A stretch of 62,888 nt of DNA, counting the filler, from Sanchytrium tribonematis (Eukaryota), in assembly GCA_018985235.1 (NCBI GenBank). It is 15 parts of 15 records of this genome, joined end to end, with 100 filler letters (N's around TTAATTAATTAA, not from the genome) between each part and the next. Parts side by side here need not be neighbours in the genome. Positions count along the whole stretch, not along the records: positions 20,534 to 22,447 come from JADGIG010001167.1; positions 22,548 to 40,894 come from JADGIG010000115.1; 13 more parts are not named here. One strand, written 5' to 3'. Below are positions 20,536-30,865 of the stretch, in pieces. Under the pieces are notes generated by a model. That model saw nothing but the letters and a program-made list of their open reading frames with translations. It did not search any database and had not been told where the DNA came from. Position 1 is the stretch's first letter. Each line of letters opens with the position of its first letter. Both the position numbers and the translations under genes were made by a program.

Positions 20536-20634
20536 CATTATGATATTTCTATGTTTTGTATCAATATATTGGCACTTATATTAAATTTGCGACCGAAGAT
20601 TCTCTCCGAGGATGGCCCAAAGAAGACAAAATAA
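20536..20634 (+). CDS. Possible C-terminal fragment of an ER membrane protein (ends in KKTK)
   Basis: Frame open from contig start: hydrophobic FCINILALIL then a KKxx-type tail and TAA. Confidence 0.3.
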   Translation, partial: HYDISMFCINILALILNLRPKILSEDGPKKTK

Positions 20635-20636
20635 AT

Positions 20637-20963
20637 TTATTGTGTATCTGTGAGAATTTTTAAGAGTGAGATCAATTCATCTTCCTCGCCTGCTTTAGCT
20701 TCGGAAAGATACTCTTCCAAATCACCAAGAGTAACCTTGGGAGGTCTGGCCTTATTAGATAATTTACAAATGTGGGTTTGAACTATTCTATCAACAACAT
20801 TAACTGGAAGCCGTTTTTCCAAATTATCATTTTGCACAATATAATTAACAACTTTCAAAATCCTTTGGGTCATGGTTTGGAAAAGTATAGGGTCGCTCAT
20901 TTTCATTTCATACCAGTTAATTGACTGTACTGTCTGATGAAATTCCTCTAAATTTAATGTCAT
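20637..20963 (-). CDS. Small hypothetical protein (about 108 aa)
   Basis: ATG at 20963 preceded by CAAGGAG element. Fills the space next to RAD7. Confidence 0.5.
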   Translation of the reverse strand: MTLNLEEFHQTVQSINWYEMKMSDPILFQTMTQRILKVVNYIVQNDNLEKRLPVNVVDRIVQTHICKLSNKARPPKVTLGDLEEYLSEAKAGEEDELISLLKILTDTQ

Positions 20964-20978
20964 TACTCCTTGATTCCA

Positions 20979-22447
20979 ATGTCCCACAGAAGAAGTACAA
21001 GAAATGGAAGCAACCAGATCCGTGGACCGACTTCAGCCCTAACTAGCTTTTTGAGAAGCAAGGGAATAGTTGCAAGAAACATTAATGCTTATGGTAGAGT
21101 TAATAGTCTATCGGAACCTGAAGAAATTCTATTTGATATTCCGGAGCGAGAGGTCCGGTATTCAAAGTGTTGCCTCAAATGCTTTATTGAAATTCCAAAA
21201 TACTATGAAAGAAAGTCCATTAATTTGTGCAACAAATGCGCTGAAGATGTCAAAAACCTTGTTCGAATTCGATCTGCTACTAACACAAACAAACTTAAAT
21301 CTATATGGAAAATTCCAGACGAATTTTTGGTGCTCAAAGAAAAACCTGAGGAGTTTCCTTCGCTAATTGTTCGAGCCATCAAAGTCTTAATCGAAAATAT
21401 CGACTCAGTGGAAGATGTGGGACTCATTCCAGATTCTGCTTTGAAAAAAGTTTTTAAACTTGTTTGTAGATATCGCAAGCTGGATTCCAGAGTATTGCGT
21501 ATTTTATTGAACCCACTTAGCGAAGAAATATATTTACCTGATTGTAACCAATTGTCCGAGGCAGACTTTCACTTTGTAATTAATAGCTGTGAAAATGCGG
21601 AAAAAATAGAAATCAGCTTTGCCTCGCAGCTCAGAAATGGTATTTCATTGTTTTCCAAGTTTATGCCAAGTTTGACCCAATTGACTATTCACGGAGCATA
21701 TTTGGCGAGTGACGCTGAATGGGCAAGTCTTTTTAGAGGAATGAATTGTCTAATAAGTGTTAAATTATATCATGCATCAAAATTTTCCAAATTGGCCTGT
21801 GAGAGTTTAGTAAAACTGAATAACGCCTCTAAAAAAGTAATAGAACTTGCATTAACCGATACCAATCACTTGGATGGAGAATGCCTTACCATTTTAAGTG
21901 CTCTTTCAACATTAGAGACGTTAAATTTGTCAAATCCTTTTCACATGATTGAAACAGAAGCTTGGGTCGATTTGCTCAAGGCCGTTGGTCCAAATTTAAG
22001 AGAACTGGTTTTAAATTCTTGTTCAAGCATCAATGATGTAGTTTTGCTTCAGGGAATAAGTCCATTTTGTGTATCTCTGAATTACTTATCTTTGGAGAAT
22101 GCTGATATCAGTGATGAATCCCTGCTGCAAACATTTGATTCATTTCAAACTCATGTTCCTAATCACCAATTTCATTTTTTAAGTTTTCAAAATTGTCACA
22201 AACTAAGCCATGTATCAATCATTAGCATCTTAAGAGACTTTGGGTCATCATTAGAATATCTAAATATCAATGTGGCATTCGTGATTTGTCATCAGATGTT
22301 TTTGTTGCAATAGCCTCTACTTGTAGGAATTTGAAGCATTTAGATACGTCTTGGTGTTGGAATTTCGATGAACTAGCATTTGATGCTATTAAAGAAAATT
22401 GTGACAATATAGAATTTATTAATTGTTTCGGATGTCCACAATTATCT
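20979..22447 (+). CDS. RAD7: Nucleotide excision repair LRR protein Rad7, with a 2-nt frameshift near 22272 and cut by contig end
   Basis: RGPTSALTSFL..GI motif and CC-type LRRs. The LRR continues as GIRDLSSDVF...LDTSWC in another frame. Confidence 0.85.
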
Positions 22448-22547
22448 NNNNNNNNNNNNNNNNNNNNNNNNNNNNNNNNNNNNNNNNNNNNTTAATTAAT
22501 TAANNNNNNNNNNNNNNNNNNNNNNNNNNNNNNNNNNNNNNNNNNNN

Positions 22548-23321
22548 ATTAAAACTTTCCAGGGATAATGCGCTTATTTCATTACCATGCAAAGCATATA
22601 TAGTCTTTGTGGTTCCAAACATTTTCCTTACCGATCCACGGGAGTTGACGAGTGCAACTCTATGAGATATTCCAAAGGGATGAAATCTAATGATCTCCAA
22701 AATACCAGTTTCCGTGGCTCCAATGAAGTACGTCACCCCATTAAACCAAAAAGATTCAACCAACTGAAATTTAAATACGCTTGAAAAAACAACATGATCC
22801 CCCTTAAAAATTATGCCGTTACTAAAGCTAAAGCATCTGCCAGGTATCTCAGAATCGTATAATACCCGTGATCCTTTAATTTTTCTAGTAAATAAATCGT
22901 TTGTTGTGAAAATTTCAGCAGATTCAGCATCTATTGAGTAGGATCTACTAAAAAGCAAACTGTCCATCAAATATGCTTTGTCTCCCAATATATCATTCCA
23001 TGTCCTCATTTCTGGTAATTCAGTTTCTGTATCAATTTTTGTTGCTGTAAGCGCCCATGGGTTCCAAACAGGATTTTGGGTACTTTTCGAATGCACTTTA
23101 ATGTTAAATTGTGTGAAAATATCTGCATAGTCTGTCTGAGAACTATTCTCATTAACCTCTATCGATTTAGTCTGAACATAATTTTGATAATGTATAAAAG
23201 GCTTGGATTCTGTCAAAATAACCGGCTCTTCTTCAGAAACCTCAAAGTCATCTTCATAAATTGATGATTTCTTCATATCTTCAATTTCTTCAAAATCATC
23301 ATCGTAATTTAAGTGAGACAT
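22548..23321 (-). CDS. Divergent WDR60/DYNC2I1-like dynein-2 intermediate chain fragment (3' cut)
   Basis: NYDDDFE...YEDDFE acidic motif, LC8-type QT sites (YVQT, SSQTD, STQNP), then a beta-rich region. Confidence 0.45.
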
Positions 23322-23345
23322 TTGCAAGAGTTTCAAATATTCTAA

Positions 23346-23696
23346 TCATTTACTCTTTCCTAAATCATGAATTTTGCAATTGAGGGGCTGTTTCCAAGCC
23401 TCTGGATCGCTGCAATCACAGCATCCACCTGCACCTAGAGAAAAATGATACGAAACTAAGTGATCATCATGGTTTGTACTTTTAAAACAATCAGCGCACA
23501 ATACACATGTGTTGTCAATACCGCAAGTCTTGCAAGAATAAACAATATCGCCCTTGCTAAATATTCTACCACAATAAGATTGCTCCTTCGATTTTTCAAA
23601 TTTTTCGAAAAAGACAGGATTCAGTTGAGATTTAAGATGATTTATAATATTTAGTGAATCCTTCTCGCTTTCTATGATAGTTCGCATTTCATTCAT
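23346..23696 (-). CDS. Stand-alone UBR-box (N-recognin zinc finger) protein
   Basis: CGRIF..GD.VYSCKTCG.D.TCVLC..CF...H..H...GGCCDC.DPEAW...C.IH followed by a stop. Confidence 0.85.
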   Translation of the reverse strand: MNEMRTIIESEKDSLNIINHLKSQLNPVFFEKFEKSKEQSYCGRIFSKGDIVYSCKTCGIDNTCVLCADCFKSTNHDDHLVSYHFSLGAGGCCDCSDPEAWKQPLNCKIHDLGKSK

Positions 23697-23730
23697 TTCA
23701 AAATCTGATTATCCGCCTGTTACAAGTTGG

Positions 23731-24018
23731 ATGAAAATTCCCAGGGAAATTGTGCAATTTGGAGCTTTCGTTGGATCAATTTTGTTTGCTACATACTCTA
23801 TCGCAAACATGAATCAGACACGACTTAGTCCGGAAATAGTTCATAAAGATCCGCAGCCTATAGATGAGTCAAAAAATGAATGGATTCAAACTGAAGAGCC
23901 AGTCGAACTTCCAAAATTTAAAAAAACGAAACATCAAAAGAATTTAAGCTTGCAAGAAGAATATGCGAAATTGAGTGGACTAACTGACTGGGAGTCAAAG
24001 AGAGTACCTAGGTCATAA
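23731..24018 (+). CDS. COX16: Cytochrome c oxidase assembly protein Cox16
   Basis: N-terminal TM segment, then SLQEEY.KL and DWE.KRVPR. Confidence 0.8.
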   Translation: MKIPREIVQFGAFVGSILFATYSIANMNQTRLSPEIVHKDPQPIDESKNEWIQTEEPVELPKFKKTKHQKNLSLQEEYAKLSGLTDWESKRVPRS

Positions 24019-24022
24019 TTGA

Positions 24023-25104
24023 CTATTTATTTTCGTGATACCTTTCTTTAGGCAAAGTGTTTTTCTTTGACCAAAATATTCCACAAGCCTAAATAAGTTA
24101 AATATTACATTACAAAGAGTCCGAGGGCCGTTTGGACCTCTTCTCATGACTGGAGTAAAAATCCCACTCAGCAAACACCAATTACATTTCCAGCTTTGAC
24201 GAAACTCACTTACTTGTTCTCTTCCATCAAAGTTGAACACTCGTGCAGATGCCCCAAAACCCCTGTGATGCTTTGGCGCCTTTGCCTCAACTTCGATTTT
24301 GTCCGCTTCGCTCAATAAGTGTAATGTTTCGTGGTCAACCCTAACTTCATCATATATCATATTTGGAGGTTTTTCTAAAATCTGATTTGGATCTATTTTG
24401 AAGCTTTTAACTGCATAAGACGGCTGATAGTAATCAAACTTTCTTCGTCGTCGTCTGGAAGTTTTGGATAGACGCTTTTCAATTTGGCTTTCATCCAAAT
24501 AAGTAAAAATTGGAAATTTGCTATTAGATTGTGGTATATGATTAACAACTTCATCGGCTTGTAATCCATAATAAATTTGGTCACAAATCGTAAATGCGAT
24601 CAGATTTTCCCAAGCAGTTCCTAATCCTAATTCTGTGCAATAAATATAGGTAAAATCTTCTACGGTGACTCCACTGTCTAAATCCCAATAAAATTCGTCG
24701 TATATATGTAGTGAAAAATGATTTTGGTCAATTATTATGGCAATATACCGCGATTCTTCGACTTCTTTTGTATTCATGAGAGGGTGATCGGTAGGGTCTG
24801 AAATTTGTTGCACCATTTGTGTAATGCAGGTATTTCCCAACGTTCCAACATTAATTCCGTAATCATTTAGAGTCAAATCAATAAGATATTTGGGTGTATA
24901 TAGGTTCTCGAAAGCATTCCATAAAAACTGTTCTCTAATTTTCATGCCATCATAGTCTACACTTAAGTTGATTGGAATCAAAAGACAATTAGGCGATGGT
25001 TCGGTATAAAAATAAATATGGTTTGTTCCTGTTGCCTTCGGAAGTTGTACAAGTCGCTTTTTGGTCTCTTCAATGTCACTCAGTGATTCTATGGACTCGC
25101 TCAT
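24023..25104 (-). CDS. SFH1: SNF5-domain RSC subunit Sfh1 with C-terminal GATA zinc finger (2 exons: 25104-24109, 24088-24023)
   Basis: LIPI...D...IREQFLWN and DEFYWDL SNF5 repeats. The GATA finger CNWC...RRGPNGPRTLCN|ACG is completed only after removing a 20-nt intron. Confidence 0.85.
24089..24108 (-). other. 20-nt spliceosomal intron GTAATATTTAACTTATTTAG
   Basis: Removal restores LCNACG of the GATA finger. Confidence 0.92.
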
Positions 25105-25196
25105 TACTTCCCCTGTTTGGGGCAGTTGGATTTGCCAAATTATGTGATTTGTTGGCAAATCTTGGCATTTAAAGTAACTGATGGGAATGTTAACCC

Positions 25197-25772
25197 ATGC
25201 GGGTAACTGACGGTGTTCAGTATTTTTTGTCGGCTTATTGTATCTTCGTCACCATTGGGTCAATTTGCTTATTTGCGAATGAATTATATATATTTTATTT
25301 GACGAATATCACATTTATAAGCTTGACCATTTACATGACTTTATACAGAGTTCTACCCCCAAGACTTGCTAATTACATGTATTCGACCTTACTTACTTTG
25401 CATATAATTGTTCCAGGCGTTTTTTGGCTATTTTTAAGAGACACTATTAACATGAATTCGCGTCTATCGCTTGCTTGGAATGTAATGCTACACGGAACAG
25501 ATTTAATTGTTATTTTTATCCATTTTTTAATTACAGACAACGAATTACCAATGATTTCAATATTATGGAATTTAGGTACATCAATGCTATACCTTAGCTG
25601 GGCTTGGTTTTGCTATTTTTTGACGCATAAATTTGTTTATCCGTTTGTGGATTTGAATAATTCATTGGCCAAATTTTTGTATCCGGGATTATTTATTCTA
25701 GTTGGACTTATATCGCTCATGTGGTGTAAAATCCATAAGTGGAGAAGAAATAGGAATAAATTGCCAAAGTAA
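25197..25772 (+). CDS. FAR-17a/AIG1-like multi-pass membrane protein
   Basis: FYLTN, V.GVFW, LHG and VYPF motifs with 6 TM segments. Confidence 0.75.
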   Translation: MRVTDGVQYFLSAYCIFVTIGSICLFANELYIFYLTNITFISLTIYMTLYRVLPPRLANYMYSTLLTLHIIVPGVFWLFLRDTINMNSRLSLAWNVMLHGTDLIVIFIHFLITDNELPMISILWNLGTSMLYLSWAWFCYFLTHKFVYPFVDLNNSLAKFLYPGLFILVGLISLMWCKIHKWRRNRNKLPK

Positions 25773-26459
25773 TTATATTTTATTTTCGTAATGCTTGAGC
25801 AGGTATTGCATACAAGCGCGATGCTCCGCCATTGGGATGCTATTACCAATTCCTATTCCAAGAAGTTGCGTATCATTAAATGCCCCAATTTCAAATACTG
25901 GTGAATGACTGAATCGCCCACTTTCTTTAAGTATTTTGAATTCTACCTTAATGTTAAGCAGTTCTTGGACAAGTCTCCTAGGTTCGTCAATTTTAAGAAT
26001 TTCATCTAAATTCAATGAAGTGTTACTGAGTAGCATTTCCTTAACAAATTTTTGTGCCTCGGCAAAACCATGACTATGGGAAAAGTAACCAACAAGAGCA
26101 AAAACAATATTTTTAAGTCGGCCATCTAATATCTTCTCAGAGTTGAACTCATCATATACCCGATGGATTCCCAACTGTTTTGCAAACTTCCCCAATACTT
26201 TTGAATTCATGTACGCCTGAACTCCGTTTTCGATCATGTTTTCTGGTGCCCGTGGCCACTTTTCCATCACAAATTGATACACTATGGTGTGCATCGCGCT
26301 TTTACCAAAACCTTTGAACGCCGAATTGGTTGCAGATGTGTCATGGAATGGGCCAACAGGATTTGTAGCCGGATTTGCAAATATTTTAGAAGCCTCTTCT
26401 TTCGGCAACCGTAGCCTTGCTAGCAGTGCTGCGACTTCGCCTGTTTGTACACCTCTCAT
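25773..26459 (-). CDS. MRPL44: Mitoribosomal protein mL44 (RNase III-like + dsRBD)
   Basis: ESGRFSHSPVF.IG and G.G.SI.MAEHRA. Confidence 0.85.
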   Translation of the reverse strand: MRGVQTGEVAALLARLRLPKEEASKIFANPATNPVGPFHDTSATNSAFKGFGKSAMHTIVYQFVMEKWPRAPENMIENGVQAYMNSKVLGKFAKQLGIHRVYDEFNSEKILDGRLKNIVFALVGYFSHSHGFAEAQKFVKEMLLSNTSLNLDEILKIDEPRRLVQELLNIKVEFKILKESGRFSHSPVFEIGAFNDTQLLGIGIGNSIPMAEHRACMQYLLKHYENKI

Positions 26460-26499
26460 CTCCTAGTTTTACAGGATTCGATCTTAAAACATTTGCCAA

Positions 26500-26865
26500 A
26501 TGAAGCCAAGTGGAAGAATATTTACCGTCGATAGTGGATCTGATAAATTTGTAGAGCTTTACTATTCGACTTTCGATACAATTCGACAAGGCCTTATCAA
26601 TTATTACGCAAATAATGCTACTTTAGTCTGGAACGGCAATTGCATTAATTTTCAAAATTTAAATGAATTTTTTGGAAGCACTCCAGCAAGCTTTCATACA
26701 ATTGAATCATATGATGCTCATCCCATTTCTGCAGACACATTTCTGGTCCATGTTAACGGATCAGTTCAATATGGAGAGCTCGTAAAATCATTTTCGCAGA
26801 CTTTCCTATTAAAGCAAGATTCAAAAACAAAAATAATATCAGATCATTTTCGATTTCTCAACTAA
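26500..26865 (+). CDS. NXT1: NTF2-related export protein Nxt1
   Basis: FV.LYY.T.D..R, ATLVWNGN, V.GSV.YG, FSQTF, SD.FR. Confidence 0.85.
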   Translation: MKPSGRIFTVDSGSDKFVELYYSTFDTIRQGLINYYANNATLVWNGNCINFQNLNEFFGSTPASFHTIESYDAHPISADTFLVHVNGSVQYGELVKSFSQTFLLKQDSKTKIISDHFRFLN

Positions 26866-26920
26866 TAAGTATTGAATTTTAATTTAGAAAATTATTACTA
26901 TATCATCAACATTTATTTAT

Positions 26921-28447
26921 TCAAAATAGTACCGGGTAGTTAAATTCTTGCCTATCTTCTTCATGCTTTGAATTTAACCAACTAGAAACGCGCTCATTAG
27001 TGCGGGATCTCATGCGATAAATTTTTAAAGAAGATTCTGATTGCTGTGAGAAAAACCTTTTATGCTGATCTTGATACAAATTACTTTTCTCTATATGGTA
27101 CTTCAAATCTGGATTCTCTTGCCTGACAATTGAAATTGCACTAAGTTTCTTTGAAGAAGATTTTGATTTCCGTGAGAGCGAGTGCCACACTGATTTAATA
27201 AAACTTCCTTTATCGGATCTATCTAATGATTTGAACGCTTCCAAATCTTTAATATTTTGGGAAACTTCAAGCTGGCCTTTTATTGATTTGATTCTTTGCT
27301 TTAGTGCCACAACACTATCAGTTTCGTATTTGATAACTGCAAGATTTAAATTGTTTGTGTAATCCGTATCCAATTTATCTGAACTATCGTAAATTGGTTT
27401 AATGATTCCTGTAGCACCTCTTAAAGCATCGTTGCCATATGCTTGTGTAAATTTTTTGAATTCAATTTCATGATTGTCGAGGATATTATTAATATCCTTG
27501 ATGGTTGCAAGTATGTCATTGGATTTCAAAGAGTTTAAAGAATAATCATTTTCCAATTCCCACAGACCTTTTCGACATTCGACAAGGTTGTCACTTAAAT
27601 CAGTTATCAGTAATTCGACTGACGAAGCCTGTTCCGGTAGATCTGACTCTTTCATTTTAGGTACTTTCAATGATTCGCAGCGTATTCTTTCAATGGATTT
27701 CAATCGCGGCTTTGCTTTAGCTACATAGCTTTTCAAAAACTCTGGAAGATCTAACGGTAGTAAAAACTCGCTCAAATTAAACTCTGAGCACAAAACTATA
27801 GGCCCTTCAAAAGCTTGGAGTGGAGGTACATTATTCCAAATCATTTGGAGCTTCCCTGGGGCAGGAATTTTAGAGAGTAAAGTTGCCTTCCAAGATTCAA
27901 CTCTATAGAGTAATCCATGATGTTCTAATTTTTTCAAGATTCGAATACTTTTTTCAGACATCTGAAAAGCTATGCAATACCTCGAGTTTTGTACTTTTTC
28001 ATTGTCTTCATTTTCGGCTGAGTAGAAATTTGCCATGGAATGATAATAAAACGATTTTGCCAATGACAAACTCTTAACATCCAGCGGAAGTTCCTTAAAT
28101 GTTTTTGATATTTTACTGAATCCATCTGATATTGATACGCTCATTTTAGCCATCAAAGCTTTGGAAAACCTTCCATCTTTTTTGGCTTGTAAAAAATATA
28201 ATTCACTCGCTTCAAGTAAAGTAATTTCTTTTAAAATTAAATAAATGACATCTAATTCGCTAGACTCTAGATGAAGAAAGACTCCTGCGGCTTGAGCAAG
28301 CAAATTAGACGCTTCCTTGAACGATTTTCCGCATTCTAAACCATTAAATGCATTTTCACGTAAGTAGAATGCATATAGCACCAAGTCTTTTACGTTTGGA
28401 ACTAAATTGATAAGTTCTTGAGAAGCAAAGAAGACATCTCGTTTCAT
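26921..28447 (-). CDS. Divergent BRO1-domain protein (Alix/Rim20-like)
   Basis: EA..L.QAAGVF, LLEASEL....A, MAKM and AKS.YY.S.A.FY resemble the BRO1 core. The N-terminal part of BRO1 appears missing. Confidence 0.6.
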   Translation of the reverse strand: MKRDVFFASQELINLVPNVKDLVLYAFYLRENAFNGLECGKSFKEASNLLAQAAGVFLHLESSELDVIYLILKEITLLEASELYFLQAKKDGRFSKALMAKMSVSISDGFSKISKTFKELPLDVKSLSLAKSFYYHSMANFYSAENEDNEKVQNSRYCIAFQMSEKSIRILKKLEHHGLLYRVESWKATLLSKIPAPGKLQMIWNNVPPLQAFEGPIVLCSEFNLSEFLLPLDLPEFLKSYVAKAKPRLKSIERIRCESLKVPKMKESDLPEQASSVELLITDLSDNLVECRKGLWELENDYSLNSLKSNDILATIKDINNILDNHEIEFKKFTQAYGNDALRGATGIIKPIYDSSDKLDTDYTNNLNLAVIKYETDSVVALKQRIKSIKGQLEVSQNIKDLEAFKSLDRSDKGSFIKSVWHSLSRKSKSSSKKLSAISIVRQENPDLKYHIEKSNLYQDQHKRFFSQQSESSLKIYRMRSRTNERVSSWLNSKHEEDRQEFNYPVLF

Positions 28448-28485
28448 CAAGCCCAAAATACGGCCTAGAAATTTTTTGAATGAGA

Positions 28486-30823
28486 CTATAATTTACTTAA
28501 TGCTTCAACATATTGACGCTGATACTCTTTAAGTAATTTCAAAGTTGCTGGGTTTGGTTTGCTACATACGTTTCGAATCATTTCGTAGAACACCTGTTGG
28601 ATTTTTAAAAGATTTACACTCGAGTCGATATAAATTAAATTCTGCTCGTCTTCATACAAATCTTTCGCCATTTCTCGAGCATCCTCTACAAGTTCTACAG
28701 GTAATGCTGCATTTTTGGCTAAATCAATTCCATAAAATCGACTCTTGGATGCACCCTCTTGAATTTCATAATAATATTGAATTCCATTTTGCCGAACTTC
28801 TGAATGAAAATGAATTTGAATAATTCCAGGATATTGTTCAAGTGGCTCGATTAATTCTTCTATATGGGTAACCATGAACGTAATTGCTTGAGAATTTAAC
28901 AGTCTTTCGATGGTAGCAAGCGATATGGCAATTGCATCTATATGACAAGTCCCTCTTGCCAGTTCGTCTATTATAACAAGAGATTTAGGAGTCACTTTGT
29001 CAAAAATATATGAAAGCGACCTCATTTCCTTCACAAAAGTACTTGCATTTGTGGCCAAATCATCGTCATTTCCAATTCTTGTTAAAATGCTTTCAAATAT
29101 TGGAAAATACATCAATTCACAAGGAACATAACATCCCATTTGACACATCACAACTAAAATCGAAATCTGTTTAGTGTAAACTGATTTACCAGACATATTC
29201 GCACCAGATATAACTTGGATTCTGGATTCGCGACTTGCATAACAATCATTGGGATGTGATTTCATTTTCATTGAAATCCTGGTAGGATGGTGGCCTTGTT
29301 TGAAGGCAAGAACTTCAGAAAATTGCGGTCTGACAGTTTCGTGTACAGAGGAATACTTTGAAAGTGAGTATATAACATCAATTGACGCGATTTTGTCACT
29401 TATCGTATACCATAGCTCCATACTTTCTCTCAAAAAATTTATAAGATCTCTCAAAACTCTAGGTAAGTAGTAAATACATCTCAGATCGAATATCAACTTC
29501 ACAAAGGTTTTCTGTTATCCTTTCATTTAATTTCATCAAGTCCATTGTGGTGAAAGTAATTTTTTTCCCTTTTTTCTTTCGCTCAATAAATTGTTCATTT
29601 AGTTCGTGTTCTCTTTCTTTAAAAGCTGAAAAACGATACCCTTTTCTACCTTCAAATACGATTTGGTACTCAATTCCAGTCTCTTCCGAGTAAGAGGCAC
29701 ACAAGTCATACACATCATCTACAGTTTCTTTATACATTTGTCTTGCCACATCTAACATCCCATCAATCTCAGGCTTAATCGCAAAAACCTTTTGATTTAA
29801 AAGCCCTCTTTTATTATTTTCAAACACCATTTCATCTGATATGATTGCATCTAGCCTTAAAAAGATTCTATCCACCAATTCTTCTGAAATGGAGTCTAAC
29901 AACGGCGATAATAGAAATTTTTCAGAATTGGCCATTTTCATCAGCGAAATTAAAGAGTTACAAATTTTTTTAAAATCAAAGCACATTGACACATTTTGAT
30001 TCAACTGTCCGTACTTGTTTTTTAAAGCAATTTGATTTTTTACGAGAAACAATATCAACTTATCAATATCACCAAGGGATACTAAATAATCTCTGATAGA
30101 TTTCATGATGTCCTGATTATCAATCAGATATTGCACACAATTTTGACGACTTTCAATCAAAGATTCACTGGTACTAGGTTGTAGGATATTGGTTCTCAAT
30201 TTTCTGCTTCCCATTTTAGTACAGCAATAATTAAGAGCGTTGTAAAGGCTCCCGGTATTTTTCATGCCAGCCTGATTTTGAACCAGTTCTAAATATTTTG
30301 CGGTTGTATGATCAATCATCATTGTATCCTCTACGGCGCAAACTTTGAAATTTAAGCTATTTAAAGCAAACATTTCAGTACTGCCAGTAAGATATTTAAA
30401 AAGAGCACCAACACAACTTAAGGAAAAGAAAAGATCTTTTGTAAGACTTCTTATATTTGCCTTTTGAGAAAGTAAAGCGAAATTTTCAATCATGTGTTTT
30501 CCGTGCTGGTCATTAAAATATTTTCTATCGATTGGAATAAGATCCGCAGAGGTGTATTCGTTCAGGGTTTTCATCAAATGTTCACTCATGTGAATATTTG
30601 GAAATAGAATCACATCAGGATCAATTACCATGAGTCTTGTAAGAAGCAGCTCATAAGTTTTAGCATCTGAGAATTCGCTTAATTGAATTTCGCAAGATGA
30701 AGTATCGCATGCAGCTACCCCAATTTGTGGAACATGTCCTCTTGATTCTGATATTACTGCATAAATGTTTGCTTGCTTCCCAGAAGTAGTTTTTGAGATT
30801 GTGCTTACATTAGCAAGTGACAT
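28486..30823 (-). CDS. MSH4: Meiotic MutS homolog 4 (2 exons: 30823-29478, 29458-28486)
   Basis: ISESRG..IG, LELV.N, G.R.LR.NILQP, LDVAR, GANMSGKS, NASTF..EM, DELARGT. Halves joined by a 19-nt intron. Confidence 0.92.
29459..29477 (-). other. 19-nt spliceosomal intron GTATTTACTACTTACCTAG
   Basis: Joins the two MSH4 ORFs in frame (IRSE-I-VLRDL). Confidence 0.92.
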
Positions 30824-30865
30824 TTGTAGTTTCAAAACTTTAAAGACCGTAAAAGTGACAAATAA

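Noticed and set aside
22288..22313. 26-nt GT-AG that could restore the RAD7 frame
   Set aside because: It breaks LRR periodicity and lacks the T-8/A-6 signature. A 2-nt indel explains the data better.
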